The position numbers were made by a program, and so were the translations under genes. Below are positions 1 to 9,636 of a stretch of DNA of 64,000 nucleotides, in pieces (within the stretch, counting starts at the first letter, position 1; every line of letters starts with the position of its first letter). Below the pieces are notes generated by a model. That model searched no databases. It was not told the origin of the DNA and saw only the letters and a list, made by a program, of their open reading frames with translations. This stretch comes from an uncultured Bacillales bacterium (GTDB taxonomy: Bacteria > Bacillota_I > Bacilli_A > RFN20 > CAG-449), in the NCBI GenBank assembly GCA_946641515.1, contig CAMPBT010000001.1:168512-232511 (forward strand), in the 5' to 3' direction.

Positions 1-1245
1 TTTTTTCATAACGTATTTAATCAAAGATTTATTAATTAATTTTACTTCTTTTGTGCCATTCTTATAAATGACATATTTAATATTCTTATCAACGTGCTGA
101 TTAATTTCGTCTTCTAAATGATTCATGACATAATCAAGTCCATCAACTTCAACATTATTTCTTTTTAATAATTGATATAATTCTGGAGAAACCATCACTA
201 AGACAGGGTATCCTTCATCTACATTTTCTTCAGATATAATATAGATATTGCAAGAATTATACATTTTACGGTATTGAACGATAGTATATAAATGTAATGA
301 TGAATAAGGAATAAGTTCCTTAAATCTAGGCTTTTCATGTTTATTTTCTGGTTCTGTATATACTAAGAAACCTTCATCATTAAAATTTTTTAATTCAAAT
401 TTCTTATAGAATTCTTTTAAAGAATGGTTTTCTAAAAAATCTTTATAATGTTCTACAAATAAAGGAACATCTTTTTTCTTAAATGGTTTATTGATGAAAA
501 ATACATATAAAGTAGATAATGCGATTGATGAAATAACAAATGGTAAAATTGAGATAGCACCTATTTTTTCATCAATATTAATTAATACAACCAATAAACT
601 TAATAAGCCAATTTGTAATAGCATGAATATAACAATTGAAATGAAGATAAATGATCTTGGTAATGGTCTACTTTCTTTTTTAGTAACATTGTTACTCACG
701 TAATTTGTAAGTAAGAATACATCGATTACACTGTAATTTTCAATTTTTGGTTTTCTACGTAATATCATCCAAATAGTATTGTTGATTAAGCCAAGTAGAA
801 TTATTCCTCCTCCTACTCCTACCATAGAATAAGAATCAATTACATAATCATTGTAGACATCGACTAGAACTTCATTATTTTGGGTAATTTTTATAACATT
901 ATTTTTACCATATGCTGAATATTTTAATGAATAACTAAATTCATATGTTTCATTTTTTGCTAGGGTAGTAGAAATTTTTTCATAAGTAACAAAATCGTTT
1001 GGTAAAGTATAAGTTTGGTTATCTGTAGTAATTATTGTATTTGTGTTTTCTTCATCATATTTAATATCACTTATAGTAGAGATAGTTGAAACGATATTTG
1101 ATTCATTTAAATCAGTAACGTATTTAACTCCAAATCCTATTAAAATTAAACCACCTATATAGAAGAATATCGCAAGAAGCATTAGTGTTGCTCTAGCTGA
1201 TTGACGTTTATCGATTTGAACTTTTTTGTTATCTATATTTTCCAT
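1..1245 (-). CDS. Hypothetical polytopic membrane protein (5' end inside the window at 1245, 3' end runs off the window edge)
   Basis: Reverse-complement reading from ATG at 1245 gives MENIDNKKVQIDKRQSARATLMLLAIFFYIGGLILIGF... with no stop before position 1. It has an N-terminal TM helix, a ~200-aa soluble segment, several TM helices and then a cytoplasmic tail. It is absent from the ORF track because it is truncated by the window edge. Confidence 0.5.
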   Translation of the reverse strand, partial: MENIDNKKVQIDKRQSARATLMLLAIFFYIGGLILIGFGVKYVTDLNESNIVSTISTISDIKYDEENTNTIITTDNQTYTLPNDFVTYEKISTTLAKNETYEFSYSLKYSAYGKNNVIKITQNNEVLVDVYNDYVIDSYSMVGVGGGIILLGLINNTIWMILRRKPKIENYSVIDVFLLTNYVSNNVTKKESRPLPRSFIFISIVIFMLLQIGLLSLLVVLINIDEKIGAISILPFVISSIALSTLYVFFINKPFKKKDVPLFVEHYKDFLENHSLKEFYKKFELKNFNDEGFLVYTEPENKHEKPRFKELIPYSSLHLYTIVQYRKMYNSCNIYIISEENVDEGYPVLVMVSPELYQLLKRNNVEVDGLDYVMNHLEDEINQHVDKNIKYVIYKNGTKEVKLINKSLIKYVMKK

Positions 1246-1382
1246 AATTTTTCCTTAGTCATACAAGGAATATTATATAGATTACTCGGAACAAAAAACA
1301 ATATAATGTAAACAATCAAAAAAATCATTTCACTTATATATTTTAACTTATCTTAACTAATGGTAGACTATGATATATAGAT

Positions 1383-2432
1383 ATGAATAACTTAATTGAA
1401 CAAGAAATATTTGAAAATAAAAAAGTCAATTTTAATGCTTTAGAGTCTTATGGATTTATTAAAGAAAATGATTATTACGTATATCGCAAAATATTAAGTA
1501 ATAATCAATTTAAAGCTGTGATTAAAATTGACGAAAAAGGGCGGATAATTGGGGATATTTACGACATTGAATATAATGATTTATATGAAGCTTATAGACG
1601 TACTTTTGGACTTGGAGAATTTGCTTCTTCCATTAAAGAAGAATACGTTTTAGTTCTAGAAGATATTAAGAAGAATTGTTTTGTAGATTCATTATTTTCT
1701 TCTCCTCAAGCAGAAAGAATTAATAATTACATTTTTGAAAAATATAATGATAAACCAGAATTTCCTTTTGAAGATGAAGCTAATAAAGATGCTTGTATAT
1801 ATCGAAATAAAGATACTCAAAAATGGTATTCAATAATTATGCGAGTTTTAAGAAATAAAGTTGATAAATCTTCATCGGCTTTAGAAATGATTTACTGTAT
1901 GAATTTAAGAGTTATAGAAGGCGAAGCTAAAGAACTAATCGGGAGAAAAGGATTTTATGAATGTTACCATATGAATAAAAAATTATGGATTAGCATAATT
2001 CTTGACGATACATTAGAAGATGAAATCATTTTTAAATATATTGATCAGTCTTATAATTTCTTTAAACGTAATGATAAGTGGATAGTTCCTGCTAGAGCAG
2101 ATTATTTTGATTTAACAACATATTTTAATAATCCTAGAAAAGAAAATGTATGGAAGATGTATAAAGGGGCAAAGGTCGGAGATACTATGTATCTATATGC
2201 GTCTAATCCTTATTCTTGCATTATGTATAAGACAGTTGTTACTCAAGTTAATATTCCTTCTAAATATAAGAAAAGTAATGGGGAATATATGGAACTAATT
2301 TTAGTAAAAGTAATTGGAAAATATCCTTATGAAAAATATACTTTAAAGACTATTTCTAAGTATGGAATTAAGACTGTTAGAGGCCCTAGGTCGATGCCAG
2401 AAGAACTTTTATCATTTATGAATGAAAAATAA
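1383..2432 (+). CDS. MmcQ/YjbR-family DNA-binding domain protein with an extra N-terminal domain and a PUA-like (EVE/ASCH-like) C-terminal domain
   Basis: The central region carries the YjbR hallmark (WYSIIMRV...GFYECYHMNKKLWISIIL). The C-terminal ~100 aa (YKGAKVGDTMYLYAS...GIKTVRGPRSMPEEL) looks like a small beta-barrel RNA/DNA-binding fold. Confidence 0.55.
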   Translation: MNNLIEQEIFENKKVNFNALESYGFIKENDYYVYRKILSNNQFKAVIKIDEKGRIIGDIYDIEYNDLYEAYRRTFGLGEFASSIKEEYVLVLEDIKKNCFVDSLFSSPQAERINNYIFEKYNDKPEFPFEDEANKDACIYRNKDTQKWYSIIMRVLRNKVDKSSSALEMIYCMNLRVIEGEAKELIGRKGFYECYHMNKKLWISIILDDTLEDEIIFKYIDQSYNFFKRNDKWIVPARADYFDLTTYFNNPRKENVWKMYKGAKVGDTMYLYASNPYSCIMYKTVVTQVNIPSKYKKSNGEYMELILVKVIGKYPYEKYTLKTISKYGIKTVRGPRSMPEELLSFMNEK

Positions 2433-2441
2433 TAAAATTGT

Positions 2442-2471
2442 CTATTAATTTATAAATTAATAGGCTTTTTT
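2442..2471 (+). terminator. Rho-independent terminator after the YjbR-like gene
   Basis: Perfect palindrome CTATTAATTTATAAATTAATAG followed by GCTTTTTT. Confidence 0.6.
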
Positions 2472-2564
2472 AGCAATTTTTTAATGCAAAAAAATCATTA
2501 AAAACTATATAAATTTTAATCGCGTAGTGCTAGGCTTAAAATTAATAAATCGAGGAGAACTATA

Positions 2565-3140
2565 ATGAAAATACTAGAAGAAAGAATTCTTAAAGATGGG
2601 GTAATCTTAAACAATGAAATATTAAAAGTTGATTCATTCATTAATCATCAAATTGATGTTAAATTACTTCGTGATATCTCAGCTTATATCAGTGCACATT
2701 TTAAAGGTGTTAATAAAATTGTCACTATTGAAACTAGCGGTATTCCTTTTGCTCTTGGAGTTGCTCAACAGTTTGATGATTGCCCAGTAGTTTTTGCGAA
2801 AAAATCAAAGAGCGCCATTGTTGATGAGAATAATATTTATACTGCAGAAGTAAAATCATTTACTAGAAAAACTACTTCAACAATATCAATCGATAAAAGA
2901 TTCTTATCAAAAGGTGATAAAGTTCTTATTGTTGATGATTTCTTAGCAGAAGGTAATGCAGGTCTTGCCTTAGCATCAATTATTAAAGAAGCAGGAGTAG
3001 AATTAGTAGGATTTGCAACAGTTATCGAAAAAGTATTTCAAGGTGGTAGAGAACGTCTTGAAAGACAAGGTATTAAAGTTGTCGCATGTGCATCTATTGA
3101 AGCATTTATAGACAATAAACCAGTATTTGTAGAAAAATAG
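2565..3140 (+). CDS. xpt: Xanthine phosphoribosyltransferase
   Basis: 191 aa with full-length similarity to Xpt (SGIPFALGVA, VLIVDDFLAEGNAG PRPP-binding loop). RBS GAGGAG upstream. Confidence 0.9.
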   Translation: MKILEERILKDGVILNNEILKVDSFINHQIDVKLLRDISAYISAHFKGVNKIVTIETSGIPFALGVAQQFDDCPVVFAKKSKSAIVDENNIYTAEVKSFTRKTTSTISIDKRFLSKGDKVLIVDDFLAEGNAGLALASIIKEAGVELVGFATVIEKVFQGGRERLERQGIKVVACASIEAFIDNKPVFVEK

Positions 3141-3151
3141 ATTTTAAAAAG

Positions 3152-3182
3152 GTTATGAAATCGCTTTCATAACTTTTTTTAT
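3152..3182 (+). terminator. Rho-independent terminator after xpt
   Basis: GTTATGAAA-TCGC-TTTCATAAC hairpin followed by TTTTTTT. Confidence 0.7.
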
Positions 3183-3244
3183 CAAAAAGTGTTTAATTTT
3201 TATCGATAACAAGATAATAATAAAATTGTCGATATGATAAGTCG

Positions 3245-3316
3245 GCATTTTCGTATAATTACCCTAATTGGTGGGAAAGTCTCTACGCTTGACCGTAATC
3301 AAGCACTACGAAATAA
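3245..3316 (+). ncRNA. Purine riboswitch aptamer (guanine-type, C at the specificity position), in the leader of the BMP-family nucleoside ABC transporter operon
   Basis: The sequence is UUCGUA-UAAUU-[ACCC UAAUUGG UGGG]-AAGUCUCUAC-[GCUUGA CCGUAA UCAAGC]-AC-UACGAA. P1 (UUCGUA/UACGAA), P2 and P3 stems are present, with J2-3 AGUCUCUAC (consensus AGUUUCUACC), an L3 CCGUAA loop and J3-1 AC (C = guanine/2'-dG class). It aligns element-by-element with the B. subtilis xpt and add aptamers. Confidence 0.75.
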
Positions 3317-3399
3317 AGAACTTATTCATAATTTTAAGGCTTTATTTATAATGGCTTTCTTTTTCTGATTTTGGTATTCAAAATAAGGGAGAGAAAAAT

Positions 3400-4608
3400 A
3401 TGAAAAAACAACTTTTAGTTCTTGCATCCGCTATTTGTCTTACTGGTGCGGCAGGAGCTTCTTTAGTCAGTTGTAATAATGACTCAAGAGTTCAGGTCGG
3501 ATTAATCGCTTTACACGATGAAAACTCAACTTATGACAAAAACTTCATTGATGCATTCAAGGCAGCAGCTGAAGCAAAAGGTGTCAAAGCAGTTATCAAA
3601 ACTGGTGTTCCAGAAGGCACAGAATGCTATGAAGCAGCAGCAGATTTAGCAGATCAAGGCTGCAAATTTGTTTTTGCTGATTCATTTGGTCATGAAGATT
3701 ACATGATTAAAGCAGCAAAAGAATTCAAAGATGTCCAGTTCTCACATGGTACTGGTACAAAAGCACACACAGAAAATTTATCTAACTACCACAATGCATT
3801 TGCTTCTATCTATGAAGGCAGATACATCGCAGGCGTTGCAGCAGGCTTAAAATTAAAATCTATGATTGAAGCAAATCCAAATACTTCACATAAATTAGGC
3901 TATGTTGGCGCTTATACATACGCTGAAGTTATTTCAGGTTATACAGCATACTACCTTGGTGCAAAATCAATTGTTGATGATGTCACTATGGAAGTTCAAT
4001 TCACAGGTTCATGGTATGATGAAGCTAGTGAAAAAGATGCTGCAAAAAAATTAATTGCTAACGGTTGCTCAGTTATTTCACAGCACGCAGACTCATGGGG
4101 TGCTCCAAATGCTTGTGAAGAAGCAGGTGTTCCAAATATCACATATAATGGATCAACAGAATCAAACTGCCCAAATACATATGTTATTTCTTCAAAGATT
4201 AACTGGCAGCCATATTTTGAAGATTGCTTCGATAAAATCTTAAATGGCGGTACAATTGCTACAGATTATACTGGTTCTTTAGGAGATACTTTATACGTTG
4301 GCTCAGTTGTTAATACTACTCTTGGTGCTAAAGCTGCTGTTTCTGGCACAGAAGCAAAATTAAATGAAGTCCATGCTGCATTAAAGAATGGCACATTAAA
4401 AGTCTTTGATACTTCAAAATTCGCAGTTGATGGTAAGACAGTTACTTCATATTTAGCAGATGTTAACACAGATGCTGAATTCAAAGGTGATACAGAAGTT
4501 ATTAAGACAGTAAATGGTGTTTCATACTTCGCTGAATCAGAATTTAGATCTGCTCCATATTTCGATTTAAAGATTGATGGTATTTCATTATTAAATACAA
4601 AATTCTAG
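3400..4608 (+). CDS. BMP-family (PnrA/Med-like) nucleoside-binding lipoprotein, ABC transporter substrate-binding component
   Basis: Signal peptide with lipobox LVSC. Conserved BMP-family blocks are present (VGLIALHDEN, GCKFVFADSFGHEDY, GRYIAGVAAG). It is 402 aa, about 50 aa longer at the C-terminus than typical BMP proteins. Confidence 0.85.
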   Translation: MKKQLLVLASAICLTGAAGASLVSCNNDSRVQVGLIALHDENSTYDKNFIDAFKAAAEAKGVKAVIKTGVPEGTECYEAAADLADQGCKFVFADSFGHEDYMIKAAKEFKDVQFSHGTGTKAHTENLSNYHNAFASIYEGRYIAGVAAGLKLKSMIEANPNTSHKLGYVGAYTYAEVISGYTAYYLGAKSIVDDVTMEVQFTGSWYDEASEKDAAKKLIANGCSVISQHADSWGAPNACEEAGVPNITYNGSTESNCPNTYVISSKINWQPYFEDCFDKILNGGTIATDYTGSLGDTLYVGSVVNTTLGAKAAVSGTEAKLNEVHAALKNGTLKVFDTSKFAVDGKTVTSYLADVNTDAEFKGDTEVIKTVNGVSYFAESEFRSAPYFDLKIDGISLLNTKF

Positions 4609-4680
4609 TTTTGATTTAATTTATATATACCCAGGAGAGGATTATCCTCTCTTGGGTTTTACCTTTTATATGGAGGCACT

Positions 4681-6318
4681 ATGGTAGCAAAGAATAATAC
4701 AAAAAATATTAATATTACTTTTGAAAATATCTCTAAATCTTTTGGAGTAGTTAAAGCTAACCAAAATGTTAATTTAGATATTTATGAAGGCGAAATTTTA
4801 GCGTTACTTGGAGAAAATGGCTCTGGTAAAACTACTTTGATGAATATGCTTTCAGGCATCTATTATCCTGATGAAGGAAACATATATGTCAAAGGAGAGA
4901 AAGTAAACATTGCTTCACCTAAAGATGCATTCTCTTATCATATTGGAATGATTCATCAACATTTTAAATTAATTGATGTTTTTACTTCTTTAGAGAATAT
5001 TGTTTTAGGCATTGAATCTAATGTTTCTAAGAAACAAAAGTGGTCATATTTCTTTAAGAACTTCTATAAGAAAAAAGAAGATAGAGAAACTAAATATATT
5101 GATAGAGCAAGTGTTAAAGATGCAAGACCTATCGTCCAAGAAATCTGTGATAAATATGGTTTTATCTTAGATTTAGATAAAAAAGTTTATGATATGTCAG
5201 TATCAGAAAAGCAAACTCTAGAAATTGTCAAAACTCTTTATAGAGGCGCGGATATTTTAATTCTTGATGAACCTACTGCAGTTTTAACTCCTATTGAAAT
5301 TGATAAATTATTCAATGTCTTAAGAAATATGAAAAATGATGGTAAATCAATTATCATCATTACTCATAAACTTAATGAAGTAATGGAAATCTCTGACCGT
5401 GTCGCAGTTCTTCGTAAAGGAGAATGCATTGGTTCAGTTGTGACAAAGAATACTAATGAAGCAGAATTAACTGAAATGATGGTAGGTGAAAAGATTGAAC
5501 TTAACATCAAAAGAGATGAACCTGTTAATCCTGTCGATAGATTAATTGTTAAGGATCTTGAATGTAAGAATGAAGATGGTAGAGAAATTCTTCATGATGT
5601 TAGTTTTACTGCTAGAAGTGGTGAAATCCTTGGTATTGCAGGTATTTCTGGCTCTGGACAAAAAGAACTTTTAGAAACTATTGCAGGCTTAATTAAAGGC
5701 TCTTCTGGTGAAATTACTTATATTAACCCAAAGACTGATAAAGAAGTTAATTTAAGATCTAAAAGCCCTGCTCAAATTAGAGATTTAGGTGTTAGATTAT
5801 CTTTCGTTCCTGAAGATCGACTTGGAATGGGACTTGTAGGTAACATGGACTTAGTTGATAATATGATGCTTCGTTCTTATCGTAAGAGCAAATCCCATTT
5901 AGTAGATAGAAAAAAACCAACAGAACTCGCTAATGAAGTCGTTAATGAACTTGGGGTAAGTACACCAAGTATTCATACATCAGTTAGAAAATTATCTGGT
6001 GGTAACGTTCAAAAAGTTTTAGTAGGTAGAGAAATTGCTTCTCATCCTAAAGTTTTAATGGTTGCATATCCTGTTAGAGGACTTGATATTAATTCTTCAT
6101 ATCTAATCTACAATCTATTAAATGAACAAAAGAAAAAAGGTACTGCAATTATCTATGTTGGGGAAGACCTTGATGTTTTAATTGCATTGTCAGATAGAAT
6201 TTTAGTTATTGGGGACGGAGAAGTTAGAGGTTTAGTAGATGCAAGAAAGACTACTAAACGTGAAATTGGTTTATTAATGACTAAGAAGAATGAAGGAGGC
6301 TTAGATGATGACAAATAA
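4681..6318 (+). CDS. ABC transporter ATP-binding protein with duplicated ATPase domains (nucleoside/sugar type)
   Basis: Two Walker A motifs (GENGSGKTT, GISGSGQKE), signature LSGGNVQK and Walker B ILILDEPT. It is 545 aa, as in the two-domain ATPases of BMP-type transporters. Confidence 0.9.
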   Translation: MVAKNNTKNINITFENISKSFGVVKANQNVNLDIYEGEILALLGENGSGKTTLMNMLSGIYYPDEGNIYVKGEKVNIASPKDAFSYHIGMIHQHFKLIDVFTSLENIVLGIESNVSKKQKWSYFFKNFYKKKEDRETKYIDRASVKDARPIVQEICDKYGFILDLDKKVYDMSVSEKQTLEIVKTLYRGADILILDEPTAVLTPIEIDKLFNVLRNMKNDGKSIIIITHKLNEVMEISDRVAVLRKGECIGSVVTKNTNEAELTEMMVGEKIELNIKRDEPVNPVDRLIVKDLECKNEDGREILHDVSFTARSGEILGIAGISGSGQKELLETIAGLIKGSSGEITYINPKTDKEVNLRSKSPAQIRDLGVRLSFVPEDRLGMGLVGNMDLVDNMMLRSYRKSKSHLVDRKKPTELANEVVNELGVSTPSIHTSVRKLSGGNVQKVLVGREIASHPKVLMVAYPVRGLDINSSYLIYNLLNEQKKKGTAIIYVGEDLDVLIALSDRILVIGDGEVRGLVDARKTTKREIGLLMTKKNEGGLDDDK

Positions 6319-7450
6319 ATTATTTAAGAATAAAGAACCTTTATTCCACGTAGTTAAAAGAACTGATATTCCTTCTTGGAAAGCTTGGCTTTTTAGAGGA
6401 GGAGCAATTCTTTTTGGTATCTTAATTATTTGTTTATTATTACTGATTATGAAAGGCGCTAATCCTTTTGTAGTCTTTGGAGAACTCTTTAATGGTTGCT
6501 TTGGTTCTTCAAGAAGAACATGGTTAACATTTAGACAAACAGCTTTACTTCTTACTGTAGGACTTGCGTTAATTCCGGCATTTAAAATGAAATTCTGGAA
6601 CTTAGGCGCTAATGGACAAATCTTAATTGGAGCACTTGTTTCTATTATGTGTATGTTCTATATGGGAAAAGCAGGAGTTAATGATGCAGTCATTATTATA
6701 GTTATGATTCCTTTAAGCATTCTTGCAGGTGCTATTTGGGCAGTAATTCCTGCAATATTTAAAGCATATTTTGATACTAATGAATCTTTATTTACTTTAA
6801 TGATGAATTATATTGCTGAAGGATTAGTTGCAGTATTCTTATCTGCTGCAGTTACTTCAGGCTCAGGTACTTTAGATATTCAACAAGCAGGTAATTTACC
6901 TCGACTTGGTAATGATCATTTATTAACAATTATTGTCTCTATTGTTTTACTTGTAGTTATGTTTATCTATTTAAAATATCATAAACATGGTTATGAACTT
7001 GAAGTTGTCGGTGAATCTCAAAATACTGCAAAATACGTTGGTATTAACGTAAAGAAAGTTGTAATTAGAACATTAATTTTAAGTGGTGCTATATGTGGAC
7101 TAGTTGGTTTACTTTTAGCAGGTGCTATTGATCATACTATTTCAACAACAACTGCAAATAACATGGGCTTTACTGCAATTATGGTAGCATGGCTTGCAAA
7201 ATTTAATCCTTTCTTAATGGTTGGCACATCATTTATTATCACTTTCTTAGGCAGAGGTATGTCTCAAGTTCAAACAAGATTTGACATTACTAATGATTCA
7301 ATTTCTGATATCGCCATTGGTTTAGTTTATTTTGCAATCATTGCTGTAGAATTCTTTGTTTCATATAAAGTTGTCTTTAGAAAGAAAGCTCCTCATATTG
7401 AAGTGAAAGAACAAAATAATTTAGTTACAGAAACAAAGGAGGACAAGTAA
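6305..7450 (+). CDS. ABC transporter permease (BMP-type, first)
   Basis: Polytopic membrane protein that overlaps the ATPase stop by 14 bp, in operon position. Confidence 0.8.
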   Translation: MMTNKLFKNKEPLFHVVKRTDIPSWKAWLFRGGAILFGILIICLLLLIMKGANPFVVFGELFNGCFGSSRRTWLTFRQTALLLTVGLALIPAFKMKFWNLGANGQILIGALVSIMCMFYMGKAGVNDAVIIIVMIPLSILAGAIWAVIPAIFKAYFDTNESLFTLMMNYIAEGLVAVFLSAAVTSGSGTLDIQQAGNLPRLGNDHLLTIIVSIVLLVVMFIYLKYHKHGYELEVVGESQNTAKYVGINVKKVVIRTLILSGAICGLVGLLLAGAIDHTISTTTANNMGFTAIMVAWLAKFNPFLMVGTSFIITFLGRGMSQVQTRFDITNDSISDIAIGLVYFAIIAVEFFVSYKVVFRKKAPHIEVKEQNNLVTETKEDK

Positions 7451-7451
7451 T

Positions 7452-8426
7452 ATGATTTTCTTTAATACAATATTACCTAGTGCAATTTCTATTGCAACAA
7501 TCTTCCTCTTTGGATGTGTTGGTGAAATCATCATGGAAAAGAGCGGACACTTAAATTTAGGTATCCCTGGAGTTATGTGTTTTGGTACTTTAGGAGGATG
7601 CGTTGGTGTATCCATCTTTATGAGTTCGTATTCATCTGATCCATTAAGCGCTCCATGGTTTGGGCTCGTACTAATTTCATTATTATTCAGTGCATTATTT
7701 TCTTTAATTGCTGGTTTAATTTACGCTTTCTTAACTGTCACTTTAAAATGTAATCAAAACGTTACAGGTTTAGCATTGACTACTTTTGGTGGAGGAGTAG
7801 TTGACTTATTTATGTCAACAATTGATAAATCTTATTTCTCATATGCAAGTAAGATTATTCGTTATCATTTACCATTTGCAGATTCTTTAGGTGCATTTGG
7901 AAAAATATTCTTTGGACATGGCATTTTAGTTTATTTAGGTATTGTTATTGCATTAATTACTGCATTTATCTTAAAGAAGACTAGAGTAGGTTTATCTTTA
8001 AGATCAATTGGAGAAAACCCTGCTACAGCAGATGCTCAAGGTATCAATGTCACTAAATACAAATATGGTGCAATCTTAAGCGGTTCAATTATTGCAGGAT
8101 TTGGCGGACTCTTCTACGTTATGGATTATGTTGGAGGCTCTTGGGAAAACTCAGGAACAATTCAAGCCTTTGGTTGGTTAGCTTTAGCGTTAGTTATCTT
8201 TACAGTTTGGAGACCATCTCTTGCTATTATTGGTTCTATTATCTTTGGTCTTTTCTTCATTTTACCTTCATATGTATCCGGTATATCCTTCGTTACCATG
8301 AAAGTATTAAAGATTCTTCCATATGTAATTACTGTAGTAGTCTTAATTATTACTTCAATTGTCGGTAAGAAAGGAGTTCAACCTCCTTCAAGTTTAGGAC
8401 AAAGCTACTTTAGAGAAGAAAGATAA
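7452..8426 (+). CDS. ABC transporter permease (BMP-type, second)
   Basis: Polytopic membrane protein that starts 1 bp after the previous stop. Confidence 0.8.
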   Translation: MIFFNTILPSAISIATIFLFGCVGEIIMEKSGHLNLGIPGVMCFGTLGGCVGVSIFMSSYSSDPLSAPWFGLVLISLLFSALFSLIAGLIYAFLTVTLKCNQNVTGLALTTFGGGVVDLFMSTIDKSYFSYASKIIRYHLPFADSLGAFGKIFFGHGILVYLGIVIALITAFILKKTRVGLSLRSIGENPATADAQGINVTKYKYGAILSGSIIAGFGGLFYVMDYVGGSWENSGTIQAFGWLALALVIFTVWRPSLAIIGSIIFGLFFILPSYVSGISFVTMKVLKILPYVITVVVLIITSIVGKKGVQPPSSLGQSYFREER

Positions 8427-8495
8427 TATTTATTCATTGACTCCTTATTTATTAAGGAGTTTTTTTGTTCTATAATGGACTAAAAGGTGTTAAAT

Positions 8496-9434
8496 ATGGT
8501 TAATTTAATAGATGGCGCGAATGAAATAATTAAAGAATATTTAGGAGAAGAAAATACTAAAGATATTTATTTAGATTTAGTAGAACAGTGTAATAATAAT
8601 CATCCAACAATGTTTGTTAAAACAATGCAAGTTTATATTATTAGAATTGCTCAAGGATTATCTAACGTTATTAATACTCCTAAAATGAGTAATACTCCTA
8701 CATATTTATCTGCCTTAGATTATTTATGTATGAAGATTCTCCATGATAATAAATTATTTAATTCTTTAGCGGGAATGGTTCAACTTGTCGATACATCTTC
8801 AAGTATTGATAATATCTTAATTCAATATAATTTATTTATTAAGAAATTAGTAAACGCGACTGATTTACCATTACTTCGTTCTTGCTTAGTTAATAAAGGT
8901 GAAGTTATAACTGAACAAACTCAAACTAAAATCTATGAACGTGCTAAAGATAATAAAGATGATAAGATAGGGCAAACTACTATTCATCTTGATATTGATA
9001 ATGAATATAAATATGATCCTTACTCTAAAATTTATCAATTTAAATTGAATTTTAGCTTTAATGATTTAGGAGAGAAAGAATATCTATATTTAACAGTTTT
9101 AAATTCATATACTAATAAGAAAATTATCGACAACGTCAAAACTAAATCAATTAAAGAAGGTAGTACCTCTTTTAACCTTGATCTAAGAGATTTAGATATT
9201 AAAGAAGCATATTTATCTTTACATATTACTATCGAAAAACATAAAGAATATGAAATGGAATATAAGGTAGTAGATGGAAGTGAAACTAAAGGCTTTATCT
9301 TTAAAAAGAGAGTAGAAAAATTCCATTATGAAAAAGAAAAAATTGATGACAAATTAGGTGTGTCATCATTTGATATTTCTAAATATATTTCTATTGAAAA
9401 TAATATGTACGGAAAAATAAAAGATGTCAATTAA
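8496..9434 (+). CDS. Hypothetical cytoplasmic protein at the tail of the transporter operon
   Basis: ORF 8487..9434 in the track. The likelier start is ATG 8496 (MVNLIDG) behind AAAAGGTG. No motif recognised. The protein is rich in K, N, D and E. Confidence 0.5.
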   Translation: MVNLIDGANEIIKEYLGEENTKDIYLDLVEQCNNNHPTMFVKTMQVYIIRIAQGLSNVINTPKMSNTPTYLSALDYLCMKILHDNKLFNSLAGMVQLVDTSSSIDNILIQYNLFIKKLVNATDLPLLRSCLVNKGEVITEQTQTKIYERAKDNKDDKIGQTTIHLDIDNEYKYDPYSKIYQFKLNFSFNDLGEKEYLYLTVLNSYTNKKIIDNVKTKSIKEGSTSFNLDLRDLDIKEAYLSLHITIEKHKEYEMEYKVVDGSETKGFIFKKRVEKFHYEKEKIDDKLGVSSFDISKYISIENNMYGKIKDVN

Positions 9435-9595
9435 GGCATCTTTTAATTTGAAATTAAAATTATGATAAAAAAAGCCCTAGGAATACCCCTAGGATTCGTC
9501 CAACATAAGTATAATAAAAATTAACTCAGATGGATCTACAAACTTATTGTACCATAATAATATTATATAACTACAAAAATTTTTGCATAATTTTT

Positions 9596-9624
9596 GCATA
9601 ATAAAAGACTACCCGAAGGTAGTC
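9596..9624 (-). terminator. Terminator hairpin downstream of the minus-strand dehydrogenase gene
   Basis: GACTACC-CGAA-GGTAGTC hairpin, with an A-run on the plus strand that is a U-run on the minus strand. Confidence 0.6.
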
Positions 9625-9636
9625 CATAGAGATTCA

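Noticed and set aside
491-703. 70-aa plus-strand ORF in the track
   Set aside because: It lies antisense inside the much longer minus-strand membrane-protein ORF (<1..1245), has no SD and is low-complexity. It is spurious.
4055-4484. Small ORFs 4055..4243 (+) and 4266..4484 (-) inside the BMP lipoprotein gene
   Set aside because: They are alternative-frame or antisense ORFs nested in a well-supported conserved gene.
7421-8368. ORFs 7421..7615 (-) and 8141..8368 (+) within the permease genes
   Set aside because: They are nested in conserved ABC permease coding sequence and have no independent support.
9475-9493. CCCTAGG-AATACCC-CTAGG hairpin as a terminator for the 8496..9434 gene
   Set aside because: It has no U-run, so it is only weak. 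Termination more likely uses the bidirectional hairpin at 9607..9624.
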